Source: a bacterium
GTDB lineage: Bacteria; Patescibacteriota; Minisyncoccia; Phycocordibacterales; UBA9973
DNA length: 52,022 nucleotides
Direction: 5' to 3'
NCBI GenBank assembly: GCA_027484965.1
Contig: JAIXRY010000003.1
Span: 1-52,022, forward strand
Positions 8,607 to 14,935 of this stretch are shown here, piece by piece. Made by a program: the position numbers and the translations under genes. Positions within the stretch are counted from its first letter, which is position 1, and each line of letters opens with the position of its first letter. The notes beneath the pieces were generated by a model. It worked only from the letters and a program-made list of their open reading frames with translations, was not told where the DNA came from and did not search any database.

Positions 8607-9302
8607 TTAATCCAACCACTTATGTATCACGAGAGCTTCGCGGGCGGCTGATTGTTCGGCTTCTTGTTTTGATTTGCCGCGTCCTACGGATATTTGATTT
8701 TCGCCAAAGAATATACCAACAGTAAATTGTTTATCATGATCAGGACCACTTTCAGAAACAACTTTGTATGCAGGAGTCACACTAAGATATGATTGCGCAC
8801 GTTCTTGCACAAGACTCTTTGCATCGCGCCAAAGTTTCTTTTCGATAATTTCTGCGAGGCGTGGTATGAGAGTGAGTTCTACGAATTTCTTACAAGAATC
8901 ATAACCTTGATCAATATAGAGTGCTCCAAGATATGCTTCATACGTATTCGCAAGTATATATGTACGAGCCTTTCCTGTATCTTTTGCTTCACCTTTTGAG
9001 AGAAGGAGAAAGTCGTTCATATTCCATTCACTTGCAACTTCTGAGATAATTGTCGCATTCACAATAGCAGAACGATACGCAGTGAGTTCCCCTTCGTCTT
9101 CATTTGGAAAACTATTATATAAATGTGAAGTTGTAATCAACTCCAAAACAGCGTCTCCCAAGAATTCGAGACGTTCGTTGTGACCAAGATTACTTCCTGT
9201 TTGTTCGTTGATATATGAACGGTGAGTAAATGCTTGTTCTAGTATTTTTTTATTTGAAAAAACAAATCCTGTTTTTTCTTCGAATTTTGAGAAATCTACC
9301 AT
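8607..9302 (-). CDS. rnc: Ribonuclease III
   Basis: Signature ERLEFLGDAVLE and a C-terminal dsRBD (GPDHDKQFTV...GRGKSKQEAEQSAA). Confidence 0.95.
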   Translation of the reverse strand: MVDFSKFEEKTGFVFSNKKILEQAFTHRSYINEQTGSNLGHNERLEFLGDAVLELITTSHLYNSFPNEDEGELTAYRSAIVNATIISEVASEWNMNDFLLLSKGEAKDTGKARTYILANTYEAYLGALYIDQGYDSCKKFVELTLIPRLAEIIEKKLWRDAKSLVQERAQSYLSVTPAYKVVSESGPDHDKQFTVGIFFGENQISVGRGKSKQEAEQSAAREALVIHKWLD

Positions 9303-9318
9303 AAATAATTAAAAAATA

Positions 9319-10218
9319 TTATTGTTGTGATGTAATAATTTCAGTTGATTTTTCTATAAGACCAACAACATCATCATACATACGAAGTTCTGCAACTTCA
9401 GAAGGAGAAAACCATCTCGCATCATCAAGACCTCCACCAGTACGTAGCGTAAGAGCTTCATAAGGAGCTTCTACCAAGAAATATGTTACTTGTTTGCGGA
9501 GTTTTCCTTTTTCTGGATGAGATGCAACGTATTCGTTTTCACCGAGAGCTTCAACGACTTTTGTTTCTATTCCTACTTCTTCTTTTACAACACGTACAAC
9601 AGCAGTCTCTACAGCTTCAGCTTCTTCCACACCTCCTTTTGAAAGGGTCCAGTATCCAAAAACATCATGCACAAGAGCAAAAGAGAATCCTCCATCATAA
9701 CGCCCAAAAATTACAGCGCCAGCTTTTTTCTCGATAGGAAGTTTTGTAATATCGATAGGCTCATTAGAAACTTGTTTTTTGCCGAATTGTTCTTTTCCTG
9801 GCTCACCAATTTCTTTATACACAGCACCAAGTACTCCATTAATGAATCTACTAGAATTATCACCTCCAAAAGCTTTTGCGAGCTCTATAGCCTCATTAAT
9901 AGCTACTTTAGGTGGAACTTCTGATCTATTACCGAAGAGGAGTTCATAGAGACCAATACGAAGGATATTTCTGTCAGGAACAGCGATTTTTGCTACAGGC
10001 CATTCAGGAGCTGCCTTTGTAATAATATCGTCAATAACTGTACGCTTGCGCAAAACACCATCAAGAAGCATTTCTAGGAATGCATCATCGTTTAAACCAG
10101 GACCAAACTCAACAGTATTTCTTTTGAGCATTTCTTTAGGGTCTCCAGCTTGGCCATTAAAATCCCATTCGAAAAGTGTTTGGAGAACAATTGAACGAGA
10201 GAGATGTCTATTTGCCAT
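9319..10218 (-). CDS. nusB: NusB antitermination factor fused to a C-terminal Nudix hydrolase domain
   Basis: Residues 1-150 are NusB-like (SRSIVLQTLFEWDF, DRNILRIGLYELLF, AINEAIELAKAFG, FINGVLG). Residues from about 165 carry a Nudix box GGVEEAEAVETAVVRVVKEEVGI. Confidence 0.85.
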   Translation of the reverse strand: MANRHLSRSIVLQTLFEWDFNGQAGDPKEMLKRNTVEFGPGLNDDAFLEMLLDGVLRKRTVIDDIITKAAPEWPVAKIAVPDRNILRIGLYELLFGNRSEVPPKVAINEAIELAKAFGGDNSSRFINGVLGAVYKEIGEPGKEQFGKKQVSNEPIDITKLPIEKKAGAVIFGRYDGGFSFALVHDVFGYWTLSKGGVEEAEAVETAVVRVVKEEVGIETKVVEALGENEYVASHPEKGKLRKQVTYFLVEAPYEALTLRTGGGLDDARWFSPSEVAELRMYDDVVGLIEKSTEIITSQQ

Positions 10219-10266
10219 ATGTATGTATTTTTGATTAATGAACTAAAAGAGCTGATAAATAGAATA

Positions 10267-10467
10267 TTATTTCTTTTGTTTCTTTTCGACTTTCTTTACA
10301 ATGTCGATAACTTTTTTACCACGGTATGTCCCTGTTGTAAGAGAAACACGGTGACGAAGACGAGGAGTTTTTGACCCTTCTTCAAGAGTAATAGGCGCAC
10401 CTGTAAGTGCGTGGTGACTACGGCGATTAGCCGTATGTGCATGTGTATGTCTCATTCGTACTGTCAT
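10267..10467 (-). CDS. rpmF: 50S ribosomal protein L32
   Basis: RRSHHAL and RLRHRVSLTTGTYRGKKVI match the L32 pattern (E. coli RRSHDAL...HLRHHITADGYYRGRKVI). Start at internal ATG (MTVRMRH), with TATAGT 9 nt upstream. Confidence 0.9.
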   Translation of the reverse strand: MTVRMRHTHAHTANRRSHHALTGAPITLEEGSKTPRLRHRVSLTTGTYRGKKVIDIVKKVEKKQKK

Positions 10468-10533
10468 AATTCCACTACTATACCTTTTTTGAGGAAAAAA
10501 TGCAACATCATAAATAAACAAAAAACCCCGCCT

Positions 10534-10944
10534 TTAATTATATAAAAGCGAGGTGTGTAGCCAAGGGCTAGAGAGGAAATATCCTATAGTAACTCCTAGG
10601 AGGTATTGCCAACTATTTCTTAAAATATTTCTAGATCTATCTTGATACTGCTGACGATTATGCGTAACATGTTCAGCAAAAGTAAGACCTAAAAGCCACA
10701 GAATTAGAAGATAGAAAGATATTTCAAATATTGGAACCGAAAACTTGAATAAAAAATATCCGATAGCAATTCCAATAATCACTTGCCAGGCATTTCTCCA
10801 AATTCTAGCAACAACATCCCCCGTTCCGTTCCAATAATTCTGACCATTACGAAACAAAAGAGAAATAAAGAGTCCAAGAATCCAGAAGGTGAAAATTATC
10901 ATTAAGATAGTTTCTAATCCGTTTGAGTTTTTTATGAGGTTCAT
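10534..10944 (-). CDS. Hypothetical 4-TM membrane protein with an internal duplication
   Basis: Two halves share RIWRNAWQVIIGIAIGYFL and NILRNSWQYLLGVTIGYFL. No family recognised. Confidence 0.5.
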   Translation of the reverse strand: MNLIKNSNGLETILMIIFTFWILGLFISLLFRNGQNYWNGTGDVVARIWRNAWQVIIGIAIGYFLFKFSVPIFEISFYLLILWLLGLTFAEHVTHNRQQYQDRSRNILRNSWQYLLGVTIGYFLSSPWLHTSLLYN

Positions 10945-10959
10945 AATATAAGGGTTTAA

Positions 10960-10996
10960 TTGTGATCAAAAAGGACATTATCCCCTTTGATCACAA
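10960..10996. other. Long inverted repeat TTGTGATCAAAAAGG/ACATTAT/CCCCTTTGATCACAA in the 5' region of the 10534-10944 gene
   Basis: Stem of about 14 bp read directly. No U-tract follows on the minus strand, so it is not a classical terminator. Confidence 0.4.
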
Positions 10997-11092
10997 CGAA
11001 ACTTTTATGAACCAGATTCAAAGAACTATATACATATTATATACTATTTAAAGATATTTGTCAATAGCATAAATAGATAGGCATTAAACAGC

Positions 11093-11131
11093 AAAAAGAC
11101 CTGGAAAAGCAAAACTTTTCCAGGTCTTTTT
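11093..11131. terminator. Intrinsic terminator (17-bp stem AAAAAGACCTGGAAAAG/CAAAA/CTTTTCCAGGTCTTTTT)
   Basis: Read directly; lies downstream of the 11150-11512 gene. Confidence 0.75.
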
Positions 11132-11149
11132 ATTTTTTATAAATTTTAA

Positions 11150-11512
11150 TTAAGCATTATCTATATCTGCTTTAATTTTATCTATTGCAGAATCTTCAAT
11201 AACAGTATCCAAAACAGAAACGACAGCTTCCAAATCATTCAATTCCTTCTCTACCAAATCCATATCTTCTTTTAGATCCTTTTCTACAGCATCCAATTCT
11301 TCAGACATTTCTTTTGTTGAAGATTCAATCTCTTGCGCATCTTCTGCAGTAAGAATATCAGTGTCAGATTCTATATCAATTTGGATAAGGTCTTTTATTT
11401 GCTCTTTTAATTCTGGAGTGAATTCCCCTTCCAAAAGAGTTAAAATTTCTTCTTTGTGAGCTTCACTAAGTGCACTTGCTTTTACTTTTTCAATAAAATC
11501 TTGTTTATTCAT
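11150..11512 (-). CDS. Hypothetical highly acidic helical protein
   Basis: Clean 120-aa ORF rich in Glu/Asp, tightly coupled to the upstream gene. No family recognised. Confidence 0.5.
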   Translation of the reverse strand: MNKQDFIEKVKASALSEAHKEEILTLLEGEFTPELKEQIKDLIQIDIESDTDILTAEDAQEIESSTKEMSEELDAVEKDLKEDMDLVEKELNDLEAVVSVLDTVIEDSAIDKIKADIDNA

Positions 11513-11523
11513 AAATATAATAG

Positions 11524-12390
11524 TTAAGCGGCTATTGATAACGCGTCAGTAAGTTCCATTTTACTAATCAAAGCTTCTTTTTGCTTTCTAAGATTTTCAG
11601 CCTTTTGCATAGCGCTAGATTCCTTATCTGCAATCTTTTGAATTTCAGCTTCTAAGCGACGCATACGAAGCATGTTCATACTCTTGCGATGATTTTCTTT
11701 AATTTTAGCAACTCTTTCTTGGGCAGATAGAATTGCATTTTCACTAAAAGATTTAACACTTTCATATTTATTCTTAACTCCTTCTTTTGCAGTTTGGAGA
11801 CCTTCAACAGTTTTTTCTTTTGCGTAAAAAGCAGCGTCTTTAGAAAGATTTGCCGTATCCTTTGCAAATTGAGAAATTTGCTCTCCTTTATTTACAACAA
11901 ATTTTTCTACAGAATCATAACCTCTATCCATAGCATCATACCCTTTTACGAGCATGTCACCTGTAGATGAGACTAATTCTGCTCCAGCTCTACCAATATT
12001 TTTTCCTGTAATATTTGCACCCTTATCTGTCCATTCATCAAATTCTTTTACTTTTTCTACTGAATAATCATATCCTTGCTTTGCAAAAACGTCAGACATT
12101 GCAGCACCAGCAACAATATTACCTGTAACTTTTTTTGTATTATTCCAAAAACGTCCAAGCTTTGATGCAAGAGCATTGCCTTTTTTTGCAACAATTTCTT
12201 TAACTTGAGATATCTTTTCACCAACAAGAGCTAAACGTTCACGTCCAACAGCAAGAGGATCCTCTTGTGTATTATTCAACTCAACATTTTCAGCTGATTC
12301 TTGATTTAACTCTTCTACACTCTTAGCTTCTGCAGGTATTGAAACCTCAGGCACCTCTTTTTTACCAAAACTAAATAGTCCCATATACAT
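11524..12390 (-). CDS. Hypothetical coiled-coil / amphipathic-helix-repeat protein
   Basis: 288-aa ORF with Lys/Glu/Ala-rich helical repeats. No family recognised. Confidence 0.5.
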   Translation of the reverse strand: MYMGLFSFGKKEVPEVSIPAEAKSVEELNQESAENVELNNTQEDPLAVGRERLALVGEKISQVKEIVAKKGNALASKLGRFWNNTKKVTGNIVAGAAMSDVFAKQGYDYSVEKVKEFDEWTDKGANITGKNIGRAGAELVSSTGDMLVKGYDAMDRGYDSVEKFVVNKGEQISQFAKDTANLSKDAAFYAKEKTVEGLQTAKEGVKNKYESVKSFSENAILSAQERVAKIKENHRKSMNMLRMRRLEAEIQKIADKESSAMQKAENLRKQKEALISKMELTDALSIAA

Positions 12391-12475
12391 TAATTTAATA
12401 AGAATAAATTTTCCCGACTGTAATAAATTATATAGCTTATACCAATAAAGTAAAGAAATTTAAAGGTATTAATAC

Positions 12476-12504
12476 TTGATATAGACAATATATAGGTGTA
12501 AAAT
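12476..12504 (+). promoter_or_regulatory. Promoter of the thrS leader (TTGATA-17-TAAAAT)
   Basis: Hexamers at 12476-12481 and 12499-12504. The ATG of the leader ORF follows 7 nt later. Confidence 0.55.
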
Positions 12505-12511
12505 AGTATTA

Positions 12512-12589
12512 ATGTCACACATTTTTACAAAAACAACCACAACAACCTTTACTCGATGTCGAGAAAGGCTTGTCTTGGTAATTTCGTAA
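12512..12589 (+). CDS. Thr-rich leader peptide MSHIFTKTTTTTFTRCRERLVLVIS
   Basis: 25-codon ORF translated by hand. 7 of 9 consecutive codons (12527-12553) are Thr. It overlaps alternative RNA pairings and precedes a terminator. Confidence 0.6.
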   Translation: MSHIFTKTTTTTFTRCRERLVLVIS

Positions 12590-12645
12590 GAATCTCCACA
12601 AAGCCAAACCCTTCTCGATATCAAAAAGAGAAGGTTTTTTATTTT
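12546..12645 (+). promoter_or_regulatory. Attenuator: segments 1 (12546-12556), 2 (12559-12568), 3 (12609-12618) and 4 (12628-12634), plus a U-tract
   Basis: 1:2 pairs CCTTTACTCGA with TCGAGAAAGG. 2:3 pairs TCGAGAAAGG with CCCTTCTCGA. 3:4 pairs CCTTCTC with GAGAAGG and is followed by TTTTTTATTTT. Confidence 0.6.
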
Positions 12646-12697
12646 ACCAACACATCAAAAAATGAACATTTTTTAAGGTTACCTAACAGCATAAATA

Positions 12698-12706
12698 TGC
12701 TACAAT
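12698..12706 (+). promoter_or_regulatory. Extended -10 box TGCTACAAT, 6 nt upstream of the thrS ATG
   Basis: Read directly. Same geometry as at several other first genes in this window. Confidence 0.4.
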
Positions 12707-12712
12707 TCCCAT

Positions 12713-14464
12713 ATGCAACAAGAAAACATTGAACATATTCGTCATTCACTTGCCCACCTCTTAGCGGCAGCGGTTTTAAAGCATTTTCCAGACACTAATC
12801 CAACTCTTGGGCCTGCAATTGAAAATGGTTTTTATTATGACTTCGAATTCCAAAACCCTCTAAAAGAAAGTGATTTGGAAAAGATAGAAAATACAATGCG
12901 AGAACTCCTCCCTACTTGGAATACTTTTGCTTGTGAAGAAGTTTCTTATGAAAAAGCAAAGAAGGTTTTTGCTGGTAATAAATACAAGTTGGAACTCATA
13001 GAAGAAATAGAAGCAAAAGGTGAAGCAATCACTTTCTATACTTCTGGAGAATTTACCGATCTTTGTCGTGGAGGTCATGTAGAAGATATGAAAAATATTC
13101 CTAGCGATTGTTTTAAATTAGACAGTCTTGCTGGAGCGTACTGGCGCGGAAGTGAAAAAAATAAAATGCTTACTCGTATTTATGGACTTGCATTTTCTAC
13201 AAAAAAAGAACTCGGTGAATACGTAACAATGCAAGCAGAAGCAGAAAAGCGTGACCACAGAAAAATAGGTCCCGCTCTAAAACTTTTTACTATTTCACAA
13301 CTCGTAGGTTCTGGACTACCACTCTTCCAACCAAAAGGAACTATTTTGCGTAAAGAATTAGAAAATTACCTATGGGACCTACATAAAGACAAAGGATATG
13401 ATCGTGTATGGACACCTCATTTAGCAAAAGAGGATTTGTACAAAGTGTCAGGTCATGCAGGACATTATCTAGATGATATGTTCTCTGTTCATGGAGGAAC
13501 TTCAAAAGAAGATTTTTATGTGAAGCCAATGAACTGTCCTCATCACATGCAAATTTTTGCAGACAATCAATTCTCTTATAGAGATATGCCTGTGCGCTAT
13601 TTCGAACCAGCAACAGTTTATCGTGATGAAAAAACAGGTCAACTATCAGGACTAACTCGCGTACGCGCTCTTACACAAGATGATGGTCACCTTTTCTGTA
13701 GAGTAAGTCAAATAGAAAATGAAATTGCAACAATAGTTGGAATTATCAAAGACTTCTACACTACAATGGGAATGATGGAAGGATACTGGGTAAGACTATC
13801 TGTTCGTGGAGATGACAAAGAAAACTATCTAGGTGAAGATAGTGTTTGGGAAACAGCAGAATCAGCTTTAAAAAATGTTTGTGATTCAGAAAAATTGAAT
13901 TACAGAGTTGGAAAAGGAGAAGCTGCATTTTATGGACCAAAACTAGACTTTATGTTCAAAGACGCTATCGGAAGAGAATGGCAATTAGCAACAGTTCAAT
14001 GTGACTTTAATCTTCCAAAAAGATTTGAACTTTCTTTTATAAATGAAAAAGGAGAAAAAGAACAACCTGTTGTCATACATAGAGCAATATCTGGATCTTT
14101 GGAAAGATTTATAGGGGTTGCAATAGAACATTTTGGCGGTGCATTCCCTACATGGCTTTCACCTGTACAAGTTGCAATTATTCCTGTATCTGAAAAACAC
14201 CTAGATTATGCACACACAGTAAAACATCTTCTTTCTGGATTTTCTATTAGGACAGAATCATTTAATGGAAATGATTCTCTAGGAAAACGCATACGCGAAG
14301 CAAAAATGAATAAAATTCCTTACATTCTTGTAATTGGCGACAAAGAAATTGCAGACAATTCTGTAACGGTAGAGAAACGTGGAAGTGAAGAAAAAGGGAT
14401 TTCTTTACCAATAAATGATTTTGTAACAAAGATAACAAATGAAATCAAAAACAGAAGTCTCTAA
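12713..14464 (+). CDS. thrS: Threonyl-tRNA synthetase lacking the N-terminal TGS domain
   Basis: Starts at the editing-domain HxxxH motif (IRHSLAHLLAAAV) and has CRGGHV. Class II core (FYVKPMNCPHHMQIF, RVRALTQDDGHLF, GSLERFIG) and a C-terminal anticodon-binding domain. Confidence 0.95.
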   Translation: MQQENIEHIRHSLAHLLAAAVLKHFPDTNPTLGPAIENGFYYDFEFQNPLKESDLEKIENTMRELLPTWNTFACEEVSYEKAKKVFAGNKYKLELIEEIEAKGEAITFYTSGEFTDLCRGGHVEDMKNIPSDCFKLDSLAGAYWRGSEKNKMLTRIYGLAFSTKKELGEYVTMQAEAEKRDHRKIGPALKLFTISQLVGSGLPLFQPKGTILRKELENYLWDLHKDKGYDRVWTPHLAKEDLYKVSGHAGHYLDDMFSVHGGTSKEDFYVKPMNCPHHMQIFADNQFSYRDMPVRYFEPATVYRDEKTGQLSGLTRVRALTQDDGHLFCRVSQIENEIATIVGIIKDFYTTMGMMEGYWVRLSVRGDDKENYLGEDSVWETAESALKNVCDSEKLNYRVGKGEAAFYGPKLDFMFKDAIGREWQLATVQCDFNLPKRFELSFINEKGEKEQPVVIHRAISGSLERFIGVAIEHFGGAFPTWLSPVQVAIIPVSEKHLDYAHTVKHLLSGFSIRTESFNGNDSLGKRIREAKMNKIPYILVIGDKEIADNSVTVEKRGSEEKGISLPINDFVTKITNEIKNRSL

Positions 14465-14630
14465 AACAAAAGACACTCGGAAACAAAAACATTTTGTTTC
14501 AATAGAAAAACTTAGTCACTTTCGATGTGGATCATGTGATAAGTGGTGGAGTATTGGAGATTTCGATAAAACAAAAATAAAAGAATTATTTTGTCCTTGG
14601 TGTGGATTGAAAAGCAGTGTGAGAAAATAA
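14439..14630 (+). CDS. Small basic zinc-ribbon protein (CxxC...CxxC)
   Basis: CGSCDKWW...CPWCG. Overlaps the thrS 3' end by 26 nt in another frame and is followed by a terminator. Confidence 0.45.
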   Translation: MKSKTEVSKTKDTRKQKHFVSIEKLSHFRCGSCDKWWSIGDFDKTKIKELFCPWCGLKSSVRK

Positions 14631-14631
14631 T

Positions 14632-14655
14632 AAAAATCCCCTTTTGGGGATTTTT
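14632..14655. terminator. Intrinsic terminator AAAAATCCCC/TTTT/GGGGATTTTT
   Basis: Read directly between convergent genes. Confidence 0.75.
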
Positions 14656-14656
14656 A

Positions 14657-14848
14657 TTATTTCATCATTCCTTTTAGGATTTCTGACATTTCTTTTATGT
14701 CAGCTTCTTTTTGTTTTGCGAGCTTAATCCAAAAAGCTTTTAGTTCTTTTGATTTTGCAAGCTTCTGATATTCTTTAGTAATTCTCCAGTGACTTTTTGA
14801 TTCTTGTGTCATCTGAGTCATCAAGTTATATAAATTATTGTCTTTCAT
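14657..14848 (-). CDS. Hypothetical small helical protein (63 aa)
   Basis: ORF preceded by TGATATAAT (14866-14858) 9 nt upstream of its ATG. No family recognised. Confidence 0.4.
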   Translation of the reverse strand: MKDNNLYNLMTQMTQESKSHWRITKEYQKLAKSKELKAFWIKLAKQKEADIKEMSEILKGMMK

Positions 14849-14891
14849 AATAGTATTATTATATCAATATATTAATAATTAGAACATACAT

Positions 14892-14916
14892 AAAAGGCGC
14901 CCGAAGGGCGCCTTTT
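14892..14916. terminator. GC-rich intrinsic terminator AAAAGGCGCCC/GAA/GGGCGCCTTTT downstream of gyrB
   Basis: Read directly. Confidence 0.8.
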
Positions 14917-14935
14917 ATGTATTGTATATATATAA

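Noticed and set aside
10960-10996. CRP/FNR-type operator, because the arms contain TGTGATC...GATCACA
   Set aside because: The TGTGA and TCACA half-sites are about 27 nt apart instead of 6. The whole element is a continuous long palindrome, which is more consistent with an RNA hairpin.
12391-12712. T-box riboswitch upstream of thrS, which is the usual arrangement in Firmicutes
   Set aside because: I could not find the conserved T-box sequence (AGGGUGGNACCGCG-like), nor a specifier loop or Stem I architecture. The region is instead explained by a short Thr-rich ORF with alternative hairpins.
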